Source of the DNA: the human T2T-CHM13v2.0 reference genome, Homo sapiens
Assembly: GCF_009914755.1 (NCBI RefSeq)
Contig: NC_060944.1
Direction: 5' to 3' (one strand)
Length of the DNA: 64,000 nucleotides
Below, one piece after another: positions 1 to 21,720 of this stretch (position 1 is the stretch's first letter; every line of letters begins with the position of its first letter). The notes under the pieces are model-generated. The model saw nothing but the letters and a program-made list of their open reading frames with translations. It had not been told where the DNA came from and made no database searches. The translations under genes and the position numbers were made by a program.

Positions 1-468
1 CTACAGGGCTCCCTTTTAGTTCAGGTTTTACTTCCTGGCCCTGTGGACTCCTGTGGCCTCTTCTACCCATTTCAGAGTAGCCATTTGATGTGTTTTCATA
101 ATTGAATTAAGCTAAACATGAAAAGCAGATTCTAAAACTCAGCCTTAACTCCAGGACTCCTCAAGTACACGTCAACTGGACCCAGACAAGTTTCTCATCT
201 GAGTCAAAATGCTGTGACCCAGAACAGGGAAAGGGCTTTCACATAGACACATTTCATATGAGCATTGCTTAAAGACACAAAGGAAGGAAGCCTGGGGTTC
301 AACTGTGCTCTCACCACCCCAGAACCTGATTTGGTCTCCTGCTGCAGGTCCATGCTTTTTACCAGGCCAGACCCCTCTCCAGGGGCATCTCAGCCAGTTC
401 ACCTGGCTCCAGGAGGCCTGTTCCCATCAGGAAAAGCCCCTGCATCCATTGCTGGGATGGTCATTTCT

Positions 469-821
<353 letters not shown>

Positions 822-1249
822 TGAACAGCAGGTTTTTCTTCTCCATCCTGAATGTTTGATGTCACTAGGAAATGGAAGACCCCGGGGTGTGGGAAAGGCA
901 CAGCTGAGGAAGCTGCATGTTGTCCACAGCATCAAGAGGTGCCATGAGCGTGCGGTGCACAGGCTGAGCCTCAGTCCATGCGCATGGGTCCAGAGAAAGT
1001 GCTGCGAGGTCCTCTTCACAGTTAGGGCCCTCCTGGGCTTTGCCTCTGATTACTGTCATTTTCTTGGAGGAGCCCAGAATTTAGAAGCTGGAGATGGGTT
1101 CGTATAGATCATTTTCTCAAGAGAAGGTCTCCATGACATATATTCATAAACAAAAAGAAACTCTTCTACCTTGTTTTCTATGAAGTTATTTTCTAGGGAT
1201 TCTGTTTTGTTGTCGTTGTTCACACTGTAGCTCTCAGATCTTACTGTTT

Positions 1250-1910
1250 TTTTTTTAATTGTGATAAAGCATACATAACATAAAATTTACCATTTTAAGC
1301 ATTTTTAACCATGTTTTTTAAGCTCACCATTTTAAGCACTTTAGTGATGGTGTCTCACTGTGTTGCCCAGGCTGTTCTCAAACTCCTAGGCTCAAGCCAT
1401 CTTCCTGCCTTGACTTCTGAAAGTGCTGAGATTACAGACATGAGCCACCATGCCCAGTCACATTTTAAACATTTTTAAATGTACAATTCTGTGGCATTAA
1501 GTACATTCATATTGTTGTGCAACCATCACCACCATCCATTTCCAGAACTCCTTTCATCTTGCAGAATTGAAACTCTATCTATTAAATAATTCCCCATTCC
1601 TCCTTTTCCTCAACCCCTGGTAACTACCCTTCTGCTTCCTGTTTCTATGAGTTTGACTCCTCTCGGTACTTCCTACAAGTGGAATCATACAGTGTTTGTC
1701 CTTCTGTAACTGGCTTATTTCACTTAGCTTAATGTCCTCAAAGTTTATCCTTTTTGTAGCATATGTTATAATTTTCTTCCTTTTTAAGGCTGAATAATAT
1801 TCCATTGTATGAGAAGACCACATTTTGCTTATTCATTCATCCATCAGCGGACACTGGGTGCTTCTACCTTTTGACTGTGGGAAATAATGCTGCTATGAAT
1901 GTGGATTAGA
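1250..1910 (-). mobile_element. Old L1 (L1M-type) 3' fragment, interrupted by an Alu monomer at ~1345-1457
   Basis: Antisense L1 3' end motifs such as gtacattcatattgttgtgcaaccatcacc and ggctgaataatattccattg. Confidence 0.8.
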
Positions 1911-2689
1911 ACCTGTTTTTAAGGAAGATTATTTTTTTCTCTTGCCCCGAATAAAAATATTAAAACCTATGTGATTAAGGGGGCCCATCTGCCCATAGGC
2001 ATATGCACACGTGCGTTGTGATGGGGTGCGTGTGAAGTTGAATCTGAATTTTGTGAAATGCAACTACCAGAGTTTGCGGTCTAGGAGAGCCAGGTGGCTT
2101 TAATAACAGTATTATCAGTTCAGTGATCAGACGGGCTTACTGAGATGTCAAGTGAGTTAGATCAAGCAAACTAGTTGTCAGGGTTACTACTGTCTTTAAC
2201 CACTCACCTGATGCTTGTTTCTTATTGTCTGTCTCATTTTTTCAGTCACATTGCAAGCCTTTTGGGGGATAGAAATAATATCTTATGCTTCTTTTGGTGT
2301 CTAGTTAGGCTATTACCCTAAAGGTAGCAGGTCTTCAATAATGTTGACAATGGTGTGAGTTGACAATGACTCACACCAAATTTGCCTGTCTGCACACGCT
2401 CTGCATTGTTCTGTGGTGTTCCTGTATGACTTTCCCAGTATGTACTTTCCCACCATCAGAAGGACATTGCATCAAAAAAATTTGCATTAAACAGTTGCTG
2501 CTCTCGTGTTTGAAGCTGGGCAGCTGAATTAAATTAGTGAATCGATGTGTTAATCAATTGCAAGAGCCAAATTTAACAAATATAAACTCAGCACCCACTA
2601 TGTAGCCAGCTGGACGAGACACTGGATATACCGACCTGGGAAAGAATTGGTCTTGTGGTTGGGGCTCTCACACTCCAGTGGAACCTTGT

Positions 2690-2832
2690 TCACAGTGTGG
2701 TCTGCCCGTCAGCCATGGAGTTTGCTAAAAATGCAGACTCTCAGGCCCTACGGAATGCCTCTGAATCAGAACCTGCACCTTCACCAGGTCCCTAGGTCAT
2801 GCGTGTGCACATTCCAGTTTGAGAAACACCAG
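2690..2832. mobile_element. MER5A-like hAT-Charlie DNA transposon
   Basis: aaatgcagactctcaggccc...gaatcagaa...agtttgagaaacac. Confidence 0.7.
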
Positions 2833-3132
2833 TCTTGTGAATGTTATCCTGTTAGCTATATCCTAAATGATAACAAAGGGTGTTTTGTGTGTGTCAGGGA
2901 GAGATGAGACTAAGGTGGCACTGGGAAACTGTGCCCAGTTCTGGTCACTACAACCTCAATGAGAGCAGAACAGCACAAGAGACCCCTCTGTGGCCATTCC
3001 CTAAGACCTTCGGGATGACAGCAGTGCAGCTGGGAGAAAAGGCCCTACGGGTAGTGAAGGTATCTGACTGCCTAAGATGGAGCGAATCCCAGCAGGGATT
3101 TCCTGCTCTGAATTTATAGTAAAAAGAAAAAC

Positions 3133-3580
3133 ATTGTTTGGGTTCCTCCAGTAGCAGAGACAGAATACGAATGCAAGTAGTCTATTCTGTGTTGAGTGAT
3201 CACAGAAAGTTCATGTGGGAGAGTAGGGGAGTGAGACAGGAAGGGGAGGCAGCCAATACATGGTGCAATCCCACTGGGGACCTCTGAGAGACTGTGTGGG
3301 GGCATCCAAGTTGTTCCACATAAGAGCGAGGCAGCTGGGGTGTTTGTGCACCCACTGCCATCCCTCCTTGGCTGAGGGCTGCCCTGGGGTATTAACTCCC
3401 CAGCACTGTGGTCTGATCTGCTCAGCACTCACTCCCAGCCACAGAGCTTCCTCAGCTGTGGGCAGAGACTTCCAGGTGCCTGCAGTAGAGCCATCACAAC
3501 AGAAGAAAACGGTGACTTCCAAGGGTCGTGGGCAGAGCACTCACAGTCTCTGCTCCATGTGTCCCATCTGGATTAAGAAG
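3133..3580. mobile_element. ERVL-class solo LTR (LTR16/LTR33-like)
   Basis: gggttcc...tgcaagtagt...ggggagtgagacaggaaggg...agccaata pattern. Confidence 0.55.
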
Positions 3581-3971
3581 TCAAGGGTGTCTCAGCAGAT
3601 GTCCGCATCAGAGCGCAGGTTCCAAATGAGGAACAAACCTTTGCATTTCAGTAAATTTCAAATCTTAGTGACTCATCCCCTCAGAGTAACTAATCATCTT
3701 CACAAGACCGAAAATGGCTGAGCTTCATATTTGCTTATAATCCAAATTCCCTTTTCATACCCACTCTGCTCTCTTCCTTCCCTAAACCAACTCTATGTGC
3801 TCAGAGGACACTGACAAGCTCAATTTACAGAAAATTTTTTGTCATTTTCTGTTTCAAAATTTCCCTTCTGATATTGCATGCTACAGATTCATCTCCCCTA
3901 TCCAATTCCTTTCACTGTGAACCCTTACTCCATTCTTTCCTGTTTTGTTTTTTAATTAAAACTGAAATTCT

Positions 3972-4319
<348 letters not shown>

Positions 4320-4348
4320 TTAAGTTTGCATTTCTTTAAGAGTTTGGG

Positions 4349-4627
4349 GGCTGGGTGTAGTGGCTCACGCCCATAATCCTAGTACTTTGGGAAACCAAAG
4401 CGGGAGGATTGCCTGAGGCCAGGAGTTTGAGTCCATCCTGGACAAACTAGCGAGATTCCATCTGTACAAGAAATAAAAATATTAGCTGGGCGTGGTGGCA
4501 CACACCTCTGGTTCCAGCTACTCAGGAGGCTGAGTTGAGAGGATCGCTTTAGCCTGGGAGCTCAAGGCTGCACTCCAGCTCCAGCCTGGGCGACAGAGTG
4601 AGATCCTGTCCAAAAAATAAAAAATAA
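4349..4627 (+). mobile_element. Alu (AluJ-like)
   Basis: Diverged dimer; TSD AAGAGTTT. Confidence 0.9.
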
Positions 4628-5469
4628 AGAGTTTTGCAGACCACTGCTCCCCAGAAATGATCATCAACAGAAAGCCCTAAAGCCAGTAGGTTTGGGGAAC
4701 CCCGCATACTTTATTCACTCCCTGGAGACCAACCCTGGACATCAGCATCTGAAAAGTTCTGAGGAGTCTTCAGTGACCTCATTTTATCGAATGTTTAATG
4801 TGCTTCCACTGTTGTTCGAGCAGTAGTGTTTGTATTGAAATCGTGCCTGTTCACATCCTACACTGCTTGTGTTGGGTGGAAACCACTTGGGGAGATGCTG
4901 CTTGATATACAGATCCTGGCTCCATCTGTGCATTTGAAATTCATAGGCATCTGGAGACAGTGGCATAGAAGCAGTGGGCGCAGGAAAAGTACAACTCAGA
5001 GTTTACAACGAGAAAAAGTGAAAACCACCTGACACATAGCTAATGTTTTAGAATGAAAAGTGACTTCCATTCCAATTGAAGTCAGCCCCTGCTGTGTAAT
5101 TAAGCAGATATTTAAAAAATTTAAAAAAAAAAAAAGGCAGGCGGAGTGGGTAAGGTACGACTCCAAATGGCAAAGCCCCAGCTTCAGGGAGGGAGAGGGC
5201 CCAGGAGTGAGGAACATAATTAAATAGCTGTGCCACGGTCATCCACCGAATGCCTTATTTCCTTTGTTTTACCAAGAATTGCACCAACCAAGTGATCTGT
5301 TGCCAGCCTTCCATATGGCAAATGTAAGCACCTGTCCAGAGTACTAAATGGCTGAGCCCAGGAGCTCCAGAGGAAACTTGTCTGATTGCTCTGCTGCCAA
5401 TTCCAGGCTCTCTGTTAATTCCATCCATCAAATTATTCTTTTTCTTCTATTTTTCCTAAAATGATAATA

Positions 5470-6040
5470 GTTATTTTTACTGTGAAATTTAAAAAGTGTA
5501 AAGAAGAAAAGAGACCTAAATTGTACCACCTCTAATCACTCCACTCGGGAATGAAGCCAGTGAGCATCTTGACACTAATGCATTCAGATTTTTGTTCTGT
5601 CTGTGATTCGACTATATTATGTAAATCCATACATAAGTGCAGCCACAACTATTACTTAAGTGAGCTCAGAGAACACATACTTTTCACAACTTGTTTATTT
5701 CCACTTAATAACATATCACTATATTGATATATTGACATACAATATATCGATATATACTGTACATCTCAAGAAATATGTTTTAAAGGCGGAATCGCCTTTT
5801 AAAGGCGGAATAGCATTCCATCATATTGGGGTACACACTTTATTTACCCAGTCCACAGCTGTTTGACATTTAGCACTTTTTCCCCTGTTCACTATCATAA
5901 ATGATATTGCCCAAAGCATTCTTTTACATGTATCTGATTATTTCTTTGGGTCAATTCCTAGAAGTAGAAATGCTGAATCCAACAGTTTTCATACTTTAAT
6001 GTTGATATACACATTCAGATTGTCTTCTAGAAAGAGCAAG
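5470..6040 (-). mobile_element. Old L1 fragment
   Basis: tagcattccat...ttcctagaagtagaaatgctg motifs. Confidence 0.6.
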
Positions 6041-6364
6041 TCATCTTTTTTCTCTAGTGCTTGTAGAAAACCCAGTGAAGACAAGTGGTAAGAAGCCAGA
6101 AATGGTAAAAGGGAAGTGAATGTGACTGTGACACCCACGCCAGTGCATTCCGGAAAGGCAAAGTGGGACAGCTGGGGGGACACCAAGTTAGAGCCAGAAG
6201 AGGCACTGGAAACCTGCTCGTCTATTTTAAGCTTAAGGAAACCAAAGGCCAGAAAGGTTAAGCAACCTCCCACCCAAGGCCAAGGTCCCATAGCTTAGAT
6301 GGATAGCTGTAAACTTCAGGGATAATTTTCAAAAAACGAAAAAACGTGACTCTCATACAAATAC

Positions 6365-6366
<2 letters not shown>

Positions 6367-6399
<33 letters not shown>
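6367..6399. repeat. (TG)16 microsatellite
   Basis: Perfect dinucleotide run. Confidence 0.98.
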
Positions 6400-6400
<1 letters not shown>

Positions 6401-6740
6401 AAAGATTGATTTAACTCATTAATGAGATCAACAGGACATTAAAGCTGGCTCCAAATGGGGCAAAGATTGGGAAAGAGTCAGTGGGCAAAAGAATAACACC
6501 TTAAACGAACTTTGTCATCTACTATGAGCCACTTTTGCATATCTACCTTTGAAGGTTAGAGATAAGCTTGCTATTGTCAGCATTCAACCACTTTTTGACC
6601 TTCAAACAACTCAACTTCAAAAGGTACAACCCAATACAAACCTGGCTAAAGACATAAAAGGCAATACAATTAAAACCTCTGGGGTTCTCTTTTCTACTGG
6701 ACAAACATCATTTGCAATTTACAGACCTTCCAGAAGTTAG
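6400..6740. mobile_element. Possible old DNA transposon fragment (Looper/piggyBac-like)
   Basis: Resembles remembered consensus segments (taactcattaatgag; ttgaaggttagagataa...gtcagcattcaaccacttt). Not verified. Confidence 0.3.
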
Positions 6741-7529
6741 CATCTGACTTTACGGAGTCTGGGCCTTAATTAAAAAAAAAAAAAAAATCAGACAAAATAC
6801 AAAATGACATCTGGGATGACACTTAGGTAGATGTGTTACGCAGAGCCCAAGTATGCCTTTGCAAGGGAATATTTTGTGCTTTATTGAAGTTGGCATAGTT
6901 ATATTTGCTGTAAGAACAGCCTTTGGTGGCTGAACTATGTGTGGGAGAACAAGGTTGATATTCACGGCAAATCTACTCAAGCTACTCTCCAATGGAGTTT
7001 CTCTGAAGGCTGGGAGGCTGGAAGGCCCCGCAGTGAATTGTTGCTCTCACTTCCCATGGAGTGGGCTCCAGGCTTTGTGTTTCCCCAGGAAGCTGAGGTG
7101 GAGCAACTGTTTGCCATGTGGGAATCTGCTCTTGTCAGCCTTCCAGCTGGGGGATGACAGATGCCGTGCGAGAGTCCCGGTTATATCCAGAGAGGGTTTT
7201 AGGGAGAGCTCAGGATGCTGGAAGGCCTGCCGGTCATCTGCCAGTTTCTATTTTGTAAATTCCAGGATGCTGGTCCCCACACAGCATGTTTGTCACTAAC
7301 AATGCAACCAAACAAGTCACTAATATTTGACCTATACACCTGCAGGCCCCTTCAACCTGAGCTCTATGAAGACATAAGTCAGCACATTTCAGTTATAAGA
7401 TTTTCAAAATGTTATCCCTGAAATCATTTATATCCTGTAGTCAATGGTGTATAAAAGTGGCAGGGCTCTTTTTCTTGATAGTATATAAAATAAGAGTGTG
7501 TGTTATCATTAATAGTATCTTAAATTTGT

Positions 7530-7858
<329 letters not shown>

Positions 7859-8017
7859 CTATTGTAGACCCAAAGCCTGATGCTTAATAAGTACTCTATA
7901 AACACATCTTAAAAATATTAAGCAAAAGATGCAAGATCTAACTGAAAACACCAATGCTAAAACTAACTGGGGCTGCCGAAAGCCTTAGTGACCACTCTTA
8001 GAAAGAACGTCATCCCA

Positions 8018-8498
<481 letters not shown>

Positions 8499-8670
8499 TC
8501 AGCAGGAGGACTGTTTCAAGATACAGCCACACACGCTGCTTCCGTAGTTCACACATTGAACTGCAGATACTACACGCACCTTTTACAACTTATTTTTCTT
8601 TCTCTGTGAGCATGCGCCAAATTGAAGGTTATATCAGAGTGTTTGCTCTGCAGTGTAATTTCAAACATAG

Positions 8671-9065
<395 letters not shown>

Positions 9066-9858
9066 TGATCAGGGGTGCCGCCTAAACAGGGATGTCCTCC
9101 CGGCCCTTCACAGCCTCTCCCATGTGTGGTGAGGAGTGCCTGGCAAGGTGGAGCCCACTTTGATCTCTTTTGTATGTTGAGAGGAGCAGTTTACAATTTA
9201 GTTATTAATTGTTTGAAAGCAAACGTTTTACACTCAATGAGAACTTCCCCCAGAATCAGAAGAGAACCGCTGCCTCCTGGATGTGCAAGCACATTGGTGT
9301 TTTTGGGTGGTGGATAATTGAAAACTCGAGCAGTCTCTTTTTAGTGGATGCCACACGTCAGCAACTTTCCCATCCCATCCAGCTGAGGTTATAATGGATT
9401 GGATCCGAGCTCCGCCTCCTCTCTGTCCTGATTTACCCCCTGCCTGGCACAAAAATGAACAGAGAAGTCACCAAGAGGAAGGCGGAGAGGGAAGAGCACT
9501 TGATTCACTCAACAACTAATGTGTGCCAGGGACTGCTCTGAGCTGAGGAGACCGCAGTGAACCAAAGGACAGCATTCCTGCTCCGTGGAATTCGCATCCA
9601 GGTGGGGGCGTTTGGGAGCATCTCTGGCTCCAGGAAGAACCCACCGAGCGGCGCCAAGCAGGAAGGCTGGGGGTGTCCTAGGTCGGGTTCCCCAGAAACA
9701 GGCCCAGAGCCGAAGAACTGTGTGAAAGTGGCTATCAGGAAGTGCTCCCAAGAGAAACGCATGGTGAAGTGGGGGTTGGAGCCTGGAGGGGAAAGAGATC
9801 AGAGATCAGAGGTCCAATATCAGGTGAAGTCCCCTAAGGGTAAATTTGGATCTGTCGG

Positions 9859-10180
<322 letters not shown>

Positions 10181-11129
10181 TGAGGACAATGTAGGTCTCA
10201 CCTCAATTATCCCAATCAGGAGTGGGGAGCTAGGATATTTACACCCCAACACCCAGCTTCACTGGTCAAGGACTGACCCTGGAGACCCTTCATGGTCTCT
10301 GCACCAAACAAAGCCAGCTGTGCCAGCCTGAACCACCAGCTTTGGGGGATGCGCTTCTCTTGTCCTGACCACTCTTTCTCTGGAGGTGTGAGAGGCCCCC
10401 TCTGGCAGAAGTGCTGGTCTCAATTGAGGCCACTGTGCAGCCTGATGTTTCTAGGGATTTTCAGATCTGAAAAAAGCCCAAGATAAAAAGGTCCAAGATC
10501 TGAAAAAGGTCCAAGATAAAAAAGGTCCATAGCTTTCCAAAGCTATGGAAACCTCGTCATCAATGCCTTGAGGTCCCCCGAGGAGGTAGCACCACTCAGT
10601 AGGAGTACCACGTGCTCCATTTTCTGAGGCTCTCCTAATTTCAAATATTCTGTCCACTGTAAGTCCATCCATGCTTCTCAGACCCCATGTCCCTGTGGAA
10701 TGAAAGTGCCCATGGGGACCATAAGGTGGGGAGCTTCCCTCCTGCTCCCAGGAAGCGCCCAAAGACCAGTGTCCCCAGCAGATACAATTAGCCAATGCAT
10801 TCTGCCACCTGGACCCCACCCCATACTGCAGCATTCGTTTAAACCATACCTTTCACTCGCCTGTCTTTGGAAGAGGGTGTAAGTCACTCAGCCCTCCCCC
10901 CACCAGCACACTACAGATGCTCGCCTGCTGGGGGCTCTGCCAGCATAACTTCCGTGAACTCTCGGCAACCTTGGACGCAGCCTTCATCCTGTCCTCCTTT
11001 TAAGCTTGAGGAAATTTAAGGGGTCAGATTATTTACTCAAGGACACACTGCTTAGAGCAGCAGAGATGATAACATTCCAAGTAGGCATTTCAGTCAAAAT
11101 TCTGCTTTTAAATACTAAGTTGGCCAAGA

Positions 11130-11641
<512 letters not shown>

Positions 11642-11976
11642 TTATCCATTGTGTTTATTTCCTTTAGATACTACCATTTACTAATTAGAACTAAAATTAT
11701 AAAGTTATTCACAACAAAATACTCATTTCACTTAACTCAGAGGATGGGGGTGGATGGCTTATTACCTTTTTTTCTACATACTGTTATTTGAGGTATAAGG
11801 AGAAAAAGGGAATTAAAAGATAGTGAATGTTGCTTTTTGGTAAATAGAACATCCCGATTTTGACTAAGGTGGTGTCTTGAACCAACAGGGCTAGGATAGA
11901 CAATTGAATAAATGCTGTTGAGCTCATTTGCTGTCCATTTGCAATGAAAAATGAAGGGCAGAGTTCTGTTTCAAAC

Positions 11977-15416
<3,440 letters not shown>

Positions 15417-15534
15417 TAGCCTGCAGAAGGTGCCTCAGGCAGACAGAGCCAACCCAGGGTATAGTGCTTAACAGGCTGGGGGAACCCAGCTCTGGCCATG
15501 TTGTAGTTGTTCCTTGCTCTCTAGTCCTGACTTT

Positions 15535-16580
15535 GCACCATGCACAAAACTAAATTCCAGATGAATGAAAGGACTACAAATAAATAAATACATCATATAT
15601 AAACAGGCAAAGCTGTATAGACTGTATAAGTCTTAGCAGAAAATAAAGGAGACTTTATTACTTCAAGATGAGGAACTTCTTTCTAGGCAAGGGCCAATAA
15701 GCAATGGCCATATTGAAAACTTGGATAAATTTGATTCTATCATCATTAAAAGCTTAAGAAAATTTAAAAGGCAGAAAAACAATGAAAGAGATCATATGTG
15801 AAACATATCAGACAATGGATTCATATACACAACCAACTTATGCAACTTAATTTTAAAAAATCAAGAAACCACAAAATAGGCAACAGATGAATGAAAAGGC
15901 AATTCCTTGCAAGAGGAAATAGAAATAAACGATAAAAATATAATCAGGGCAAAGCAAATGAAAACAAAAATTATTTCTGCTCATCAGATTGGTCTGCTTA
16001 AATGTTTGATAATATCAATCATTGACAAGCAGCGTGGACACTTTCACAGATGGCAGGGGCAGTGCAGAAGGGCACAGCCACCCGGGGAGCAATGTGGCAC
16101 CAGCTCAGAACCTGCTACATGCATAGGCTCCAGCATTTTCTCTGAGGTTTCACACAGTGCACAAGGGAACACACACACAGGTGACCATCACAGCCCTGCC
16201 TGTGATAGCAAAACTCTGGAAACAACTAAGCCTCTATCAAAATAGAATGGATATGTGGATTGTGGTATATCCCTATGGTGGAAAACCGTTCCCACTTACA
16301 ACAAATGAACCAGGGCTTCGTGTATCAGTGTGGATAAACCTCATTACAATTTGTCGAGTGAAATTAGTAAGCCAGTACAATTCCTTTGGTTGGAGAAAAC
16401 ACAGATGATACCATTCAAGGATGATACACACAAAACTGATAACAGTGGTTACATCTGAGTAGGTGAAGGAGATTATGGGTGATGGTCAAGGGAGATTACT
16501 TTTAAGTACAATCATTTATTTTCTTTAATTAAAATATATTCATTTGTGACATTTGTAATTACAATTAAATATCAAAAATA
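15535..16580 (+). mobile_element. Ancient L1 (L1ME-like) fragment
   Basis: A-rich, degenerate L1 ORF2-end and 3'UTR motifs (gcaaaactctggaaacaac, atggatatgtggattgtggtatat). Confidence 0.6.
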
Positions 16581-17525
16581 TAAATGCAAACACCCTTGGG
16601 AGGAGTAATACACAAAGTTAAAAGAAAAGAAGCAATGTTCTCCAAAGGTGTGCTTGCATCATTGTCCAGGTGCCCCTCTGCAAGTGAAGGGGAAAAGCCT
16701 CCATTACATTTTTGTTTTCCAGGTGACAGTTCCTGGGGGCAAAGGTCATTTGAAAGTTTGGAGGAAGCTCATTATTTTCCAGACTAGTTTAGAAAAACCC
16801 CAACATGAGAGGTACCCACCACACCAGGAGGCTCCTCAGCCAAGCAGAAGCACATGGTCGAGGGAACTGTTTGGGTAATGCGGTTTTTTTAGGATCTGGA
16901 GGTAGATCTGATACCGCAGAGCTGATTCCAGGATTATAAATGCTTACCACACCTCAAGGCCAAGTTGATGCACTTGGGGAATGGAAATTCCATAGCTGGG
17001 AGCCAAGGACTTGACTTTTCCCACACCCTAAGTCTCAAGTCTTCAACATATCAGCAACACATCCCTTTTCAAACCACTGATAACATTCCTGAATGAGACT
17101 TGGAATTTGAAGAGCGCTGTATCAGGACTTGTGCTATAAGCACTTTCTTATTTGACTTTTACTTGACCTTCAAGAGAATTTTTCTCCTTTTATCTAACCC
17201 TAAAAGAAAGAAAACAAGACTTGGGGTTCCTCCCTTTTCCCTCCTCCCTGCAGCTTCCTATGCATGCAAAGAAGCATACAACAACTTTTCTCTCTATTAG
17301 GGGAAATTCAGCGCCTAGTGGGCAAATCTCTAGGTTAGAGGCTTCTGAGCAGACAGGCAGGAGGAGATTGGACTCCGCGGACATTGTTTCTTTGTAGTCC
17401 CAGGTCTCTGCTGCTGGTGATTAAATGGCCTCTTTCCAGGAGGGGAGGTACATGAATCCATTTTAAGTGTCTTTTAGTATCAGCTCTCTGGTTAATAACA
17501 ATTGCCATTAATATAAAGAGATAAT

Positions 17526-18129
<604 letters not shown>

Positions 18130-18184
18130 AAGAGATCATTTAAATAGGAAGAGGATTAGAGAGTATTTAGGTGCCTATTGAAGT

Positions 18185-18495
<311 letters not shown>

Positions 18496-19563
18496 TAATC
18501 TCATTGTCCTTTTTATTCCTCCAATGACCTTCCCTTGACATCATCAGCCCTAGCTTTGGGGATTTAAGGATGAGGGCACCCAAATGGGTCGCCCAAGGCG
18601 ACCCAGCCAACCGGGGCCCGAGACAGGATTTGAAGACAGATTTTTCTGAGCCAAAAGCTGGTATGCCTACCCCTACTCCCAGCTGTCAGGTCACCAGTCA
18701 GAGCTTCAGGCCACACCGCCTCGAAATTGCACAAGTTGCTGCCTGAAGAATGGCCCCTTGGATGAGGTCCCCGCCTACTGAGAAATTATGCAGAATGATT
18801 ACAAAATGGTACAAATTACTGTAGACTCCTGCACCAGACTGGAACTCAGCAGGCCCAGCCTTGCCCAGGCCCAGCCCTGGGTGTGACCTCAAAGGGCTGG
18901 GAAAGAACTTGGGCCTTCTCCAGTTATTCTCTTGCCCTTGGCCAGGATGCCAGCTCTTATGCAGGAGCACTCAGGTGAACACCTCAGGCTTCTCAAGGTG
19001 TGTTATGCACGAATGCAGGACGAGGGAGTGGACCCAACCCCTGACCTGCCTTCCTCTCCCTCTTGTGGTCACCAGCACCCCCTCTTCTTCCCTGGAAGTC
19101 CCCAGCCAGGCCAGCAGCCCACTCTCTCCCAGCTTCTAAAGGCAACACATCACCCCTCTGTCCTGCTGTACATGCCTGCAGGGAAAAACAAACACAGGCA
19201 ATGCCCCGGCAAGACCTCCGTTGAGGTCTGCTGTGCTGTATAAGGATAGGTGGCTATCCCTTGGGTTGGGGTCTTTGTCACTGCTTGTGGGATTTTCTGG
19301 GAATGATGCAGCTGTGCTGGGTGTTTGATGTAAGAACCATGGTCTCACCAACTTTGTGCCTTGTCAGCCTTGTCCTATCTGACCCTCTGGCTGCACTGAA
19401 TCACAGGTGGCTCTGCCACCACTTTCCCAGGTGTCCACAGACGAGCAGGGGTGTAGTGAGCAGCACTCACTCACCAGCTTTGCAGATGTTTAGACAGCCC
19501 CTCCCCATGCTTGCAGGAATTCTGCACAGGTACAGGGATGTGTTAGAGGCTGGGATTGTGTAA

Positions 19564-20008
<445 letters not shown>

Positions 20009-21233
20009 TGACAAGTTATTTCTGCCCTCAAAGAAGGAAATTTTGAAGAAGCAAGTGTAAGGGATGAGATTGAAAGTCTGTGAGAATTAGAAACAAACAA
20101 ATAAATCAACACAAACTTGTCCAAAAACAACTTCAAAAAAACACCCAAAATCCCTTCAGTGGGACAAAATCCAACCGTCAGAGGGGAGGAAGTGTTTTGT
20201 GATGCTAACTGCTGCTGGCGGAGGGCCCAGTGGGTATATACACATGATTCTGAGAGGCAGGACTGGCCCTGGAACACTAAACTCTGGTCCATTTGTGAGA
20301 TTAAATCCCTCTGCACTCTGGGACAAGTGAGTCAGGACTGAATGGAAGGGGAGGGAAAAGTTGCTGGGGGCTGGGGCTGGGGGGGATGCGAGGGACCAAA
20401 AAAAAGTCCCCACATCCAGCAGGGAAGGGTCCACAGCGATCCAGCCAAGTGCAACCTCTGTGCTTGTCCACCCTCGTGCCTTGGGGTCATGGTGCCTTCC
20501 TCTGCACTAGAGATAGGTGGCATGGCAATGGTGCCTTCCTCTGCACTAGAGATAGGTGGCATGGCATGATTGGTGACTTGGCATGGGAGTGCCGCTAAGT
20601 GACAGCCACAGACACCGTCAGCTTCTTGTGTGTGGCCAGATGTAGAGAAGGAATTGAGGAGGAAACTTGGAGGTCTGGAGATCCAGCCAACAGCATCGGC
20701 AAGAGCGGTACCCAGACAAAAACAGCCTGGCTGAAGGGAATCAACTGATGCCCATTCTGATGAGAATCAAGGCCATTTGGGGTTTTTATGTTCAAATCAG
20801 TATGATGGTTGTGAAGGTAACCAAAGTGTGGAGAGGGAAATGTACCCAGTGACGGGGCTTCCTGCTGGGGTGGGAGTCCTCTCTTTGAGGTTTGCCAGAG
20901 GCTGTGGCCGGCCCTCCCTCACAAGGCCTTCTGCTTCTGATAGGTGTGTGGCTCTCCTGTTTGGGGCCACAGCCATGGTCCAGAATGAAGCAGGGCCTAG
21001 TCCCAGGGTGGTGGGGCTTCAGCAGACGTACCCAAACTCCCCTTAACCCCTTCCTTGCTTCTACCTTTTTAGTCCCTTCACTCCTTCCATTTTCATACAC
21101 ACCACCCTTTCTTTTTCTTGTTTTCCTAAAATTTTGTTTACAAAGTACTTTAAGCATACAGAAAACCACACACCATATTAAAATACCCATCACTCAGCAC
21201 TGTCAAATGTCATCATTTCGCCATTTCATTTTA

Positions 21234-21464
<231 letters not shown>

Positions 21465-21584
21465 TTAGGATTATAACCCCATACATATTAGGATAGCCTT
21501 TGTGTCTATGTGTGTATCTATAAACATACAGTACAGTTTTGCATGCATTTATAATTTTAATAATATAACATGTAACAGTATTTT

Positions 21585-21720
21585 ATTTTTAAAAAAACTT
21601 TTTATAGAGACGATCTCACTATGTTGTCCAGGCTGGTCTCCAACTCCTGGCCTCAAGCAGTTCTCCCACCTTGGCCTCCCAAAATGCTGAGATTACAGGC
21701 ATGAGCTACCACATCTGGCC
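21585..21720 (-). mobile_element. Alu monomer (FLAM)
   Basis: Single antisense left arm. Confidence 0.8.
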
